Shown piece by piece: positions 1-9,870 of a DNA stretch of 64,000 bases (position 1 is the stretch's first letter; every line of letters begins with the position of its first letter). A program made the position numbers and the translations under genes. This DNA is from Cellvibrionaceae bacterium (GTDB taxonomy: Bacteria; Pseudomonadota; Gammaproteobacteria; Pseudomonadales; Cellvibrionaceae): the NCBI GenBank assembly GCA_021151525.1, contig JAGKXD010000003.1:26978-90977 (forward strand). Reading direction: 5' to 3'. The notes under the pieces were generated by a model, which was not told the DNA's origin, did no database searches, and was given only the letters and a program-made list of their open reading frames with translations.

Positions 1-1
1 A

Positions 2-3000
2 GAAGAAATTGTGGTTTCTGGCTACCGCGAGAGTTTGGCCAAAGCGCTGGACATCAAACGCAAAGACACCACCCAAGTAGACGCCATTGTGGCGGAAGAC
101 ATTGGTAAGTTCCCCGATATGAACCTCGCGGAATCCCTGCAGCGCGTATCTGGCGTATCCATTGACCGCAGCGGCGGTGAGGGTCGCCAAATTTCTGTGC
201 GCGGCCTAGGTTCAGATTTTACCCGCGTGCGCTTAAACGGCATGGAAGCACTTTCCACTGCTGGCCAAGGTTCAAGCGGGCCTAACAGAACTCGCGGTTT
301 CGATTTCCAAACCTTCGCCTCTGAACTCTTCAGCGAAGTAAAAGTGAGTAAAACCCAAAACGCCGCTATGGACGAAGGTTCATTGGGCTCGACGGTCGAT
401 TTGCGCGCTGGCCGCCCCTTTGACTACAAAGGCTTTGCCGCCACCGCGAGCGTGCAAGGCACCTATAACGAGTTGACTGAAAAGGCTAATCCTCGCGTTT
501 CGGCCTTGATTACCGACCAAAACGAAGATGGCACTTTTGGTGGATTGCTGTCGGCATCTTACAGCCAACGCAATATTGTCGAGCAGGGTTTCAACCCCAT
601 TCGCTTTGACTGGGGCAATGGCTCTGGTACAGGTGGCAACCTCAATACTGGCGGTGCTGTAACAACTACGGCTAACCCGAATGCCATGTACGGCTTCTGT
701 ACCCCCGTGGGTTACAAGGGTGTGCAAGTTCCGCGCAGTCCTTTGGCGGCGGAGTTGGGCAGCGCGACTAACCTTGCGCGCAACAATGGTTATGGCACCT
801 TTGGTATTGATGCCAATAACTGCGCTACCGGCGTACCGCGCCCGGCCAATACCTCCGAAAATATTGCCGCCTATGAAACGGCCACCAATTCATGGATGCC
901 ACGCTACCCCGGCTGGCGCAGCACTACTCATGATTTGGAGCGTATGGGTATGACCGGCTCGCTGCAGTGGAAGCCGACCGATGCCACCCTTATCAACTTC
1001 GATATGCTCTACTCCAAGTACCACAAGGATTCGCGCGAAGATACGCTCGGCGCTAACTTGCACCGCGCAGTCAACATTGGCGGTAAAGCGCAAATTGTGG
1101 TTAAAAAAGCCGAAGTGGATGACAAGAATCGCCTGGTTTACGCCGAGTTCGACAATGTGGATTTCCGCACTGAATCTGCCCAAATTGAAGAGCAGACCAC
1201 GTTCGCGCAATACAGCCTGAGCCTTGCGCACGACTTCAATGACAGCTGGCATATTGATGCGAGCTTGGGCACCTCTAGCTCCAAGTTTGATATGCCCAAA
1301 AACTCGCTGGTGAGTTTTGATAACACTAACCTTGACGGGTTTATTTGGGATGGGCGCGAGAGCTTGAAGTCACCCAAAATGACCTATCCCTTTGAGTTGA
1401 CCAGCACCGATGCCTGGAAGTGGTTGGGTTATGGTGCAGTGCCTTTGAACAGCAACGGCAACCCCAAAGGTGTGAACATCAGCGAAATCCGTATCAACCC
1501 GCAAGCGGTGGATAACAGCTTCGACACGGGCAAAATCGACCTGGCCTACAAGCTGGATGACAGCATTAAAATCAGTGGCGGTTTGGCGCACAAAGATTAT
1601 TTGATGGAGTCGCAAGAGTGGCGTCACATCAACTATGGCTTGGCGGCACAGGCTCTGCCCGCCGGTACAACAGTGGCGGATGTCAGCCAAATGTTGACCG
1701 GTTATGGCAAGGGTTTGAGCACGGCGCCAGATGCTTGGTTGGTGCCTGATTTTAATAAGGTTGCCAGTTTGCTGGGTATTTACGGCGAGACTGATACCGG
1801 CGTTCCCGGCGGCAACTACGCTTTGGCGAGCATTGGTCACTTCGGTGCCTCGGGCAACAATTACAGCGTGGAAGAGAAATCTACCAGTGCCTACCTGCAA
1901 GTGGATTTCACTGTGCCGGTATTAGGCCGCGATTTGCGCGGTAATATTGGTACGCGTTACACCAAGACGGATATTTCATCCAAAGGCTATACGCCTTGCG
2001 CTGCTACTCCTGCGATTGCCGCCACTGCAACAACACCTGCTGTGGCCGCCAAAGCGGCGGGTGATAACAATTGTACAGGCAGCGAAGAGTTCTACGGCGT
2101 AGCCAGCGCCAGTGCGACGCCCGGTTCACGCTTCTATGTGCCGGTTGAAGCCACTAACGAATACGATGATTGGTTGCCATCCCTGAACCTCGCGTGGGAT
2201 TTAACGGACGATGTGGTCTTGCGTTTCGCTGCCGCCAAAACCATGGCGCGCCCCAATCTCAACACCTTGTCGCCCACCATCAGCGGTGTACCCACCACTT
2301 ACACCAACGATGATGCGCTCTACACCATCAACGCCGGCAACCCGAAAGTTCAGCCCTACCGCGCAGACACTTATGACCTGAGCGCTGAATGGTACTTTGA
2401 CGAAGGCGCAATGGTGTCGGGTGCGGTCTTCTATAAAGACATCAAGAGCTACATTCAACGCGTGCGCCAGGTCGTGACTTGGGATCAAACCGGCTGGCCT
2501 GTGGGCTTGTTGCCAAGTGGTTTCGACGGCAATGAAACCTTCGGTATCCAAAGTTACTACAACACCCCCGGCGGCCCACTCAAAGGCTACGAGCTGAGCT
2601 TCCAACAGCCGTTCAACTTCTTGCCCGGCATTTGGAAGCACTTTGGTGTGCAGGCGAACTACACGCACGTAGCATCACAAATTGATTACGTGCAGGCGAG
2701 CACGGTGAACAGCACTACCCGCGAAGTCACCACCACTTACACCAAAAACAATTTGGTGAACATGTCGCCTTCGTCTTACAACGCCACCTTCTACTATGAC
2801 GATGGTAAATTCAGCGCGCGTATTTCGGCTGCGTTTAGAGATCGCTACCTGACTGCAATTTTGGTTCCGGAAGCGGGTGTTTATTTGGCATCAGCCGGTG
2901 GTGGCACTGTGTACACCGCTGACGTAACCGGCAAGCAAGCAACAACCAACGTTGACTTCAACATGTCGTACAACCTGAACGATCAAATCACTTTAACCTT

Positions 3001-3121
3001 CGCTGCCATCAACCTGACCGATCAGTTTGATGATGTGTATGGCGATTCTGAATTGATGGCTCCCAACAAATATACTCATACAGGTCGTGAATATACTTTA
3101 GGTGCGCGCTACAAGTTCTAA
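2..3121 (+). CDS. TonB-dependent receptor (5'-truncated by window start)
   Basis: Frame open from base 2 (EEIVVSG, TonB-box region); plug motifs (DIGKFPDMNLAESLQRVSGV, ISVRGLG); C-terminal GARYKF beta-barrel signature. Confidence 0.95.
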   Translation, partial: EEIVVSGYRESLAKALDIKRKDTTQVDAIVAEDIGKFPDMNLAESLQRVSGVSIDRSGGEGRQISVRGLGSDFTRVRLNGMEALSTAGQGSSGPNRTRGFDFQTFASELFSEVKVSKTQNAAMDEGSLGSTVDLRAGRPFDYKGFAATASVQGTYNELTEKANPRVSALITDQNEDGTFGGLLSASYSQRNIVEQGFNPIRFDWGNGSGTGGNLNTGGAVTTTANPNAMYGFCTPVGYKGVQVPRSPLAAELGSATNLARNNGYGTFGIDANNCATGVPRPANTSENIAAYETATNSWMPRYPGWRSTTHDLERMGMTGSLQWKPTDATLINFDMLYSKYHKDSREDTLGANLHRAVNIGGKAQIVVKKAEVDDKNRLVYAEFDNVDFRTESAQIEEQTTFAQYSLSLAHDFNDSWHIDASLGTSSSKFDMPKNSLVSFDNTNLDGFIWDGRESLKSPKMTYPFELTSTDAWKWLGYGAVPLNSNGNPKGVNISEIRINPQAVDNSFDTGKIDLAYKLDDSIKISGGLAHKDYLMESQEWRHINYGLAAQALPAGTTVADVSQMLTGYGKGLSTAPDAWLVPDFNKVASLLGIYGETDTGVPGGNYALASIGHFGASGNNYSVEEKSTSAYLQVDFTVPVLGRDLRGNIGTRYTKTDISSKGYTPCAATPAIAATATTPAVAAKAAGDNNCTGSEEFYGVASASATPGSRFYVPVEATNEYDDWLPSLNLAWDLTDDVVLRFAAAKTMARPNLNTLSPTISGVPTTYTNDDALYTINAGNPKVQPYRADTYDLSAEWYFDEGAMVSGAVFYKDIKSYIQRVRQVVTWDQTGWPVGLLPSGFDGNETFGIQSYYNTPGGPLKGYELSFQQPFNFLPGIWKHFGVQANYTHVASQIDYVQASTVNSTTREVTTTYTKNNLVNMSPSSYNATFYYDDGKFSARISAAFRDRYLTAILVPEAGVYLASAGGGTVYTADVTGKQATTNVDFNMSYNLNDQITLTFAAINLTDQFDDVYGDSELMAPNKYTHTGREYTLGARYKF

Positions 3122-3134
3122 TAGTTGATGACAA

Positions 3135-3180
3135 CAATAAACGGCCAGCCGATGAATAATTGGCTGGCCGCTTTATTTTT
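3135..3180 (+). terminator. Intrinsic terminator after the TonB receptor
   Basis: CGGCCAGCC...GGCTGGCCG stem followed by a T-rich tract. Confidence 0.75.
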
Positions 3181-3290
3181 CGGCGATAAAAACACGCAGG
3201 CTTAAATTGTGACAGCGGGAGTTGTTATTGCGTTATAAGTAGTTAAAATCGCGTTTCTGATTTCACTCATAAAAATACATAGGGACGTTT

Positions 3291-5465
3291 ATGATCAAAA
3301 CCCATCTGCAATTTTGCTTGTTGCTATTAACGCTCGCCGCTTCACTTTTCTCTCCAAGAATCTTCGCTGCAGAAGCCGATATTGAAGGTCTTTCAGATGA
3401 TGACTGGCTGCTCATCACCTCCAAAAATTTCGAAATTGTCACTGACCTAAAAGAAGAAAAAGCGCGTCGCTTGATGCAAGACCTTGAAGCCTACCGCTAT
3501 TTTTCTATCGACATGATGGGCTTAAACATGCTCGCCACTACCAAGCCGTTGCGAATTTTGGCCATTAGCGATACGGGCAATTTTAAAAAGCTCGGTCTGC
3601 CGGAAATGATGGCTGGCGTATTTTGTTTAACATCGCTTGGTTACACCGCCATTGCGAACGTTAGCGAATACAGCACAAATTCAAAAGCGGCGAGTTTTGG
3701 GCGTCAGGTTCTCTTTCATGAATACAACCATTTCTTAATGCGCTTTATCACCAATGCCAAAAATTATCCCATGTGGTATTCGGAGGGCATGGCAGAATAT
3801 TGGGGAACCTTTCGCTTCGATGGCCAAAAAATTTATATAGGTGATGCCCAATCTTTGGAATTTAGATCCATGGATCTATTTAACAGGGTAGGCAATATGC
3901 AACTCGATACCAAAAAAATTATGGCGACAGACAGTCTGCCGTTTAGCTCCAAAAAAGAATCCGATAAAACACTAGTGAGTAGCTTTTACGCGCAAGCTTT
4001 TTTTCTCACACACTATTTTCACTCAACAGCCGAGTTACAAGCCGCCACGGATAAGTACATCGAATATCTCGGTTATGGTTACAAGCGCGATGATGCATTT
4101 CAAAAAGCATTCAACACCACTTATGAGGATTTGGACAAAAACGTAAAAAGCTATCTAAAAAATAAAATGGTAAAAATGGTATACACCTTGAAGGAAGGTA
4201 GAAATATAGTTCCAGATACAGGCATAAAAGCAACCACACTCAACAAAGCGTCTTTTTACGCTAGCACCGTGGATATTCTATTAAATTGCGGTGCTATTGA
4301 TACTAAAGTACGCAAACAAGTATTGGAAAAAAACATCACGCTGAATCCAACCGATATAAATTCGCAAGTCTTGTCGCTCATTTATGGCTTTACCGATAAG
4401 CCGCAACAAAAACTGCAAGAGCTTGAAAAAACTGCACCGCAAAACTCATTGCTACTAACTTACAAAGCCGATGGTTTACGTGAAGGTGCAAATCTATTGC
4501 GTGCTGGTGGCGTAACAGCGTGGATGGATAATATGAAACAAGCGCGCAGCAATTATCGCCGCGCAATCAAAGCAGACCCAGCATTAGGCTTGGCTTATCT
4601 AGGCTTGGGCGATGTGTATAATTTTATGCCCGAAACCGAACCTTTAGTCGAAGGTGCAGCAGGCTTTGATACAGCCACTTTGTTTGAACGCAGTGCCGCA
4701 CAATTTGCTAATTTTGCTGATATGCAAATTCGCATGGATAAAGGTTTAAATGCTTTGCCAGCGGTACGCAATGCAGTTGCTTTTAGCCGTGAAAAAGAAC
4801 AATCGGCTTATGCACTGATTTTAGAAAACCTTGAAATGCTAAATGATGTACAAACAGCGCCCACTAAAGCGTTAGAGAATGAATTGAATTTTCAATCGGG
4901 CACTCGTTACCTTGGTTCGCTAAACAATAATAAGCCCCAAGGCGTAGGAAAAATTATTCGTGCCAACGGCAGTTATTTTGAAGGGAATTTTGTGAACGGT
5001 ATTATTCAAGGCCAAGGCAAGTTAGTGACCTACGGTGGCTTTACCTACGAAGGCGAATTTAAAAATGGCATTGCACGCGGCAAAGGAAAAATTACCTATC
5101 CCGAAACTCTGAAAAAAACCTATGAAGGCGATGTGTTTTACACTATGCCTTTTGGTAAAGGCGTAGAAGTAAATTCCATCGGCAAATACGAAGGCGATTT
5201 CTGGTATACGTGGAAACAAGGCAAAGGCATCTTCACCAGCAAGGACGGTAAAACTGTTTTAAAAGGTAATTGGTATCAAGAGCGCTATGAGTGGCCGGAA
5301 GAAAATGGAATTGTTTTCGTAGGCGCAATCAATGAAACTTTTAAACGCGATGGCAAAGGCGTATGCCGCTCAAGCGCAAATCAAAAAATAGAATGGTGCA
5401 GATTTAAAGATGGCGCACGTCAGGAAAAATTTACGGATGATTCTGCTGACAATAAAGAAGAGTAG
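3291..5465 (+). CDS. Secreted protein: DUF1570/gluzincin-like zinc-peptidase domain + TPR-like region + MORN repeats
   Basis: Signal peptide; HEYNH...WYSEGMAEY; helical YRRAIKADP...AYLGLG repeat; several YEGEFKNG..GKG-type repeats. Confidence 0.75.
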   Translation: MIKTHLQFCLLLLTLAASLFSPRIFAAEADIEGLSDDDWLLITSKNFEIVTDLKEEKARRLMQDLEAYRYFSIDMMGLNMLATTKPLRILAISDTGNFKKLGLPEMMAGVFCLTSLGYTAIANVSEYSTNSKAASFGRQVLFHEYNHFLMRFITNAKNYPMWYSEGMAEYWGTFRFDGQKIYIGDAQSLEFRSMDLFNRVGNMQLDTKKIMATDSLPFSSKKESDKTLVSSFYAQAFFLTHYFHSTAELQAATDKYIEYLGYGYKRDDAFQKAFNTTYEDLDKNVKSYLKNKMVKMVYTLKEGRNIVPDTGIKATTLNKASFYASTVDILLNCGAIDTKVRKQVLEKNITLNPTDINSQVLSLIYGFTDKPQQKLQELEKTAPQNSLLLTYKADGLREGANLLRAGGVTAWMDNMKQARSNYRRAIKADPALGLAYLGLGDVYNFMPETEPLVEGAAGFDTATLFERSAAQFANFADMQIRMDKGLNALPAVRNAVAFSREKEQSAYALILENLEMLNDVQTAPTKALENELNFQSGTRYLGSLNNNKPQGVGKIIRANGSYFEGNFVNGIIQGQGKLVTYGGFTYEGEFKNGIARGKGKITYPETLKKTYEGDVFYTMPFGKGVEVNSIGKYEGDFWYTWKQGKGIFTSKDGKTVLKGNWYQERYEWPEENGIVFVGAINETFKRDGKGVCRSSANQKIEWCRFKDGARQEKFTDDSADNKEE

Positions 5466-5511
5466 TTGCCAAATTAATTAAATATGACGGTGTTTATTGT
5501 CGGTCTTTCTA

Positions 5512-5783
5512 GCTGTACACCTGGCGACTCTTTAGCAAAGGCATTGTTCGCGCTCACTGTTAGTCTTAGTAAGCACCATTTGAGTCCAATCCAAATTCAA
5601 ACCCCAACCCTCCCCTTGAAAAGGGGAGGGGCAAGAGTGAGCCTCGCACAAAACTTATCGCACTGGGAGTCAGCCCCTCCCCCTTTTCAAGGGGGAGGTC
5701 GGGAGGGGGTTAATTCTCTATCAAGTGTAAAGCCAACAGTTATGCGAACAGAGTTCTTGTCAAAGTGGAACGCAATGTACAGC
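5512..5783. repeat. Nested imperfect inverted-repeat element containing a CCCTCCCC-type REP doublet (5601-5632 / 5673-5710)
   Basis: CCCTCCCCTTGAAAAGGGGAGGGGC and its inverse; outer arms TGTTCGC..ACTGTT / AACAGTTATGCGAACA and GCTGTACA / TGTACAGC. Confidence 0.7.
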
Positions 5784-5817
5784 ACTCCTCTTTTGTCTTC
5801 CTTCTTTCGCGTAACCG

Positions 5818-6600
5818 TTACTTCTCCATCTGCGTCAGCACATCCAAAATCGCCGCAGTTTCCGCATCGGGTGTGCCATCAAATAACGCCTGCCGATATT
5901 TAGATTGAAACACCACAATCACATTACGCGTTTCCTGATCCAACACTCCTGTTTGTGGAACAGCATAACCATGCTGTGCAAGCTTACGCTGGAACCATGC
6001 AATATCTGGAAGCTGGTTTTGATAAATCGTTACTTGCTCAGCAACACGATTTTGATCCGGCCATGGAATCAAACCTGCATCTGCTAATTGCTTCCACGGA
6101 AAAACCGGCCCCGGATCTTGTTTACGCTGCGGCGCAATTTCATTGTGCCCAAGAATATTTTCCGGTTTGATTTGGTATCGTGCACTTAATTTTTTCAACA
6201 ATAAAATAAGCTGATCAATTTGCGCTTGCGGATAGGGATACCAAACACGGCCTTCAGGCGTTTCTGCAAAGCCTAAGTTCACAATTTCAATACCAATAGA
6301 TGCAGAATTAAGTTGGTTATAAATTTTCCAGTTGCTTAAGCCAGCGTGATTCGCTTGGCGAGATTCATCTACAAGTTTGTAGAAAAAAGGTTTGGCGGTG
6401 TCGGTTAGCAAATAATGAGCGCTGACTTCATCTTGAGTGAGAGTTTCTAGCGAGTGTGGTAAATCGCCAAAGGTGTAATGAATAATAATGTATTTAACGC
6501 GGGCACTTTGGCTGTGGGATTTGTATTTGGTATTGATGCGGGGTTCGCTGGCGCAACCAGTCAATAGAATGAAGATGGTGAACAGCGAAATAATTTTCAT
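5818..6600 (-). CDS. amiD: N-acetylmuramoyl-L-alanine amidase lipoprotein (AmiD-like) with C-terminal peptidoglycan-binding domain
   Basis: Start re-called at MKIISLF; lipobox LTGC; IIHYT, VSAHY, SIGIEIVN, GHNEIAPQRKQDPG motifs. The longer track ORF runs through a REP. Confidence 0.85.
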   Translation of the reverse strand: MKIISLFTIFILLTGCASEPRINTKYKSHSQSARVKYIIIHYTFGDLPHSLETLTQDEVSAHYLLTDTAKPFFYKLVDESRQANHAGLSNWKIYNQLNSASIGIEIVNLGFAETPEGRVWYPYPQAQIDQLILLLKKLSARYQIKPENILGHNEIAPQRKQDPGPVFPWKQLADAGLIPWPDQNRVAEQVTIYQNQLPDIAWFQRKLAQHGYAVPQTGVLDQETRNVIVVFQSKYRQALFDGTPDAETAAILDVLTQMEK

Positions 6601-6638
6601 ACACAATCCCGGCTGTACTGAAAAATAAAATTTTGTTT

Positions 6639-6731
6639 GGGAGTCGTCATCCTCGCGTAGCGGGGACCCAGCTCTTAAAAAATCTAAATCAAAAAAACTG
6701 GATCCCCGCTTACGCGAGGATGACGATTCCC
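6639..6731. repeat. CGTC-type REP doublet (dRS3/RPE-like)
   Basis: GTCGTCATCCTCGCGTAGCGGGGACCCAG ... CTGGATCCCCGCTTACGCGAGGATGACG. Confidence 0.85.
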
Positions 6732-6748
6732 TGTGTAATAAGTAAATT

Positions 6749-8548
6749 TTAATACTCAACTTCCCGAATCACTTCCAAAAACTCATCGCCAAAACGTTCC
6801 AATTTACTTTGACCTACACCCGTAATCGATAACAATTGATCGTGAGTGATGGGGCGGAACTCCAACATTTCGCGCAAGGTAGCATCGTGGAAAATAACGT
6901 AGGGCGGAACGCCGTGTTCTTCGGCCAAGCGTTTGCGGCAGGCGCGCAGTGCGTTCCATAGAGCTTGATCTTCGGCATCTACTGCTATGCCTTGTTTACG
7001 CGCAACGGTTGCGGCGGCGACTTTAATATCGCGGCGCAATTGAATGGTTTCTTCGCCGCGCAAAATTGCTCGGCAGCTATCGTTTAATTTTAAACCGCCA
7101 TAGGCTTGCGCATCCACATCTAAAAATCCGCGTGCAACTAGTTGGCGGAAAATAGATTTCCATTCATCGGCAGTAATATGTTTGCCAATGCCGTAAGTAG
7201 AGAGTTGATGATGTGCAAATGAATTTACTTTTTCATTATCAGCACCGCGCAACACATCAATCACATGGCCAGCACCAAAGCGCTGTCCGGTGCGATAGAC
7301 ACAAGAGAGCGCCATGCGCACAGGTTCAGTCGCATCCCAAGTTTGTGCGGGCGTTAAACAGGAATCGCAATTGCCGCAGGCTTGCGAAAGCGTATCGCCA
7401 AAATAACGCAACAAGGTTTGGCGACGACAAGTCGTAATTTCGCACAAGCCTAACATCGCATTTAAACGCTGTTGTTCGTTGCGTTTAAATTCTTCGCTGC
7501 CTTCAGAGTTGCTCATCATTTGACGAAGTTTTACCACATCGTCCAAACCGTAAAGCAAAAGCGTTGTTGCGGGTTCGCCATCGCGCCCGGCACGGCCAGT
7601 TTCTTGGTAATAAGCTTCAATACTTTTGGGCAAATCCAAATGGGCCACAAAGCGCACGTCGGGTTTATCAATGCCCATTCCGAATGCGATGGTAGCAACC
7701 ATAATAATATTGTCTTCGCGCAAAAAACGTTGCTGATTTTTTTGGCGAGTGGGTGCAGGTAAACCTGCGTGATAAGGTAGCGCAGTAAAACCTTCTGTAC
7801 ACAACCACTCAGCAATTTGTTCAACTTTATTGCGCGATAGGCAATAAATAATGCCCGAGTTGTTGGCTTGTTCATCGCGCAAGAAGCGCATCAATTGAAC
7901 CTTGGGCGTATTTTTCTGTTGGATGCGATACTGAATATTCGGGCGATCAAATCCATTCACAAATTGCTGCGCATTTTCCAATTGCAAACGCGTAATAATT
8001 TCTTCGCGTGTGCGTACATCCGCAGTGGCAGTTAAGGCGATGCGCGGCACATTCGGGAACTCGCGCTGCAACATATCCAGCTTTAAATAATCGGCGCGGA
8101 AATCGTGACCCCATTGCGATACACAGTGAGCTTCATCAATGGCAAAAAGCGCGATTTTTACTTGATGCAAAAGCTCAATGGTACGCGGTTGAATCAAGCG
8201 TTCTGGCGCAACATAAAGCATATCCAACTCACCGTTGTGCATGGCTAATTCGGTTTGCCATGCTTCTTGTGCGGTCATGCTGGAGTTTAAAAAACCGGCG
8301 CGTACGCCCAGTTCATGAAGTGCGCTGACTTGATCTTGCATCAAAGCGATTAGGGGCGAAATAACAATGCCCACACCCTCGCGCACGAGAGAAGGAATTT
8401 GGTAGCAGAGGGATTTACCGCCGCCCGTCGGCATTAAAACTAAAGCATCATCGCCAGCGACCAGCGCCGAAATTACCGCTGCCTGTGGGCCGCGAAATTC
8501 GTGGTAGCCGAATACGTCTTTAAGGATTGAATGGGGAGTTTGCGTCAT
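6749..8548 (-). CDS. recQ: ATP-dependent DNA helicase RecQ
   Basis: MPTGGGKS, DEAHCVSQWGHDFR, QETGRAGRDG, zinc/RQC and HRDC regions; start re-called at MTQTPHS. Confidence 0.98.
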   Translation of the reverse strand: MTQTPHSILKDVFGYHEFRGPQAAVISALVAGDDALVLMPTGGGKSLCYQIPSLVREGVGIVISPLIALMQDQVSALHELGVRAGFLNSSMTAQEAWQTELAMHNGELDMLYVAPERLIQPRTIELLHQVKIALFAIDEAHCVSQWGHDFRADYLKLDMLQREFPNVPRIALTATADVRTREEIITRLQLENAQQFVNGFDRPNIQYRIQQKNTPKVQLMRFLRDEQANNSGIIYCLSRNKVEQIAEWLCTEGFTALPYHAGLPAPTRQKNQQRFLREDNIIMVATIAFGMGIDKPDVRFVAHLDLPKSIEAYYQETGRAGRDGEPATTLLLYGLDDVVKLRQMMSNSEGSEEFKRNEQQRLNAMLGLCEITTCRRQTLLRYFGDTLSQACGNCDSCLTPAQTWDATEPVRMALSCVYRTGQRFGAGHVIDVLRGADNEKVNSFAHHQLSTYGIGKHITADEWKSIFRQLVARGFLDVDAQAYGGLKLNDSCRAILRGEETIQLRRDIKVAAATVARKQGIAVDAEDQALWNALRACRKRLAEEHGVPPYVIFHDATLREMLEFRPITHDQLLSITGVGQSKLERFGDEFLEVIREVEY

Positions 8549-8688
8549 GGCTGCGAGTATACGGGAAGCGCTTGGGCGCGAACACCGCATTTACCTGTTG
8601 GACTAAAAACATTCAGCTTGGGTTGGGGCGCTGGTTATATTTTCTGCAAGGTAATATGATGAGCCGCAATAACTACAGGCAGGGTTTT

Positions 8689-9870
8689 ATGAAATTTACG
8701 TCATTGATGATAGTGTTTGTCTTGTTAAGTGCATGCGGTGGTTTGCCGACAAAAATGCCTTCACCTTTTTCCACTTCGGTCACAGTCACCCCACCTAAAC
8801 CGGTAGAGCCGGAAGCGGTGATTCCTCCTCCCAGTATTGACGATAACTTTCAAAAAAGTTTAAGTCAGGTGTGGGGTAATTATTTTGTTGAAAATTATTC
8901 GGATACGCGTGCGTTGGATGTTTTGGTGATCAGCAATCGTAAATTCAAATCTGAAAGTTTTGGCTGCACAAATGATCAACTTGGTGTGGAATTGGATTCT
9001 GCTACGCATTTCGGCGTCTGCAAAATTAACGTCCCCAAAAATCACAGCACTGGCTTAATCAACTTTACCAAAGACAACCGTCAGTCTTCCCATGAATATT
9101 TTAAAATCTTAAATTCCAGAAGCCTGACAGAAGCCAACTTGTTTGATTACTTGCGGAAGACTGAACGCTATCCGCTGGTGTTTGTGCACGGTTTTAATGT
9201 GCGTTATGAAGATGCTGTATTGCGCGCATCGCAAATTGCCTACGATCTAAAATACCAAGGCCCTATTGTTTTGTTCTCTTGGCCAGCAGGCGCAGGTGAC
9301 GGCTTTTTAGAAAATCAAATGATTACCAAAACCTATGATGCCAACTTGAAAAATGCAAAAAATTCCATAGCGGCCTTCAAAGAGTTTTTGAATCAGGTGC
9401 GCATGAATAATCTCAAAATTAATTTGGTCGCTCATTCCATGGGACACCAAATCGTACTGCCTGCATTGAAAGATTTCGCTACTTTAAATCCCGATAGCAA
9501 AATTATTAACGAGCTGATTTTAAATGCACCGGATTTTGAGGCGGATAATTTTATTAATATTGCCGATGCCATAAAACAAAATACGAAACGTATCACTGTC
9601 TATTGTTCCTATAACGACCGCGCCATGACCGTATCGGAAATTTACAATAAAAATCCGCGCTTTGGTGCCTGTGCTTTTTCTGAAAGTATTGATTCCATTA
9701 ACGTGAGTTTGGTAGATGCACCATCGCTCGGTTTGGGCCACGGCTATTATTCCTCGCGTGCCATTTTGGGCGATGTATTTCAGGTGCTCTTGGGCATAGA
9801 GGCGGAGAAGCGTTTGTTTATTCGCAAGAGCGAACCTAACAGCACTGAAAAGTATTTCTTGAGGCAGTAA
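8689..9870 (+). CDS. DUF900-type alpha/beta hydrolase lipoprotein
   Basis: Lipobox LSAC; VFVHGFN, FSWP, AHSMG nucleophile elbow, LNAPD, GHGYY; start re-called at 8689. Confidence 0.85.
   Translation: MKFTSLMIVFVLLSACGGLPTKMPSPFSTSVTVTPPKPVEPEAVIPPPSIDDNFQKSLSQVWGNYFVENYSDTRALDVLVISNRKFKSESFGCTNDQLGVELDSATHFGVCKINVPKNHSTGLINFTKDNRQSSHEYFKILNSRSLTEANLFDYLRKTERYPLVFVHGFNVRYEDAVLRASQIAYDLKYQGPIVLFSWPAGAGDGFLENQMITKTYDANLKNAKNSIAAFKEFLNQVRMNNLKINLVAHSMGHQIVLPALKDFATLNPDSKIINELILNAPDFEADNFINIADAIKQNTKRITVYCSYNDRAMTVSEIYNKNPRFGACAFSESIDSINVSLVDAPSLGLGHGYYSSRAILGDVFQVLLGIEAEKRLFIRKSEPNSTEKYFLRQ

Noticed and set aside
5484-5903. 139-aa ORF in the track
   Set aside because: It runs through the palindromic repeat element and overlaps the amidase antisense; PTLPLKRGG/PPPFQGGG are translated REP sequence
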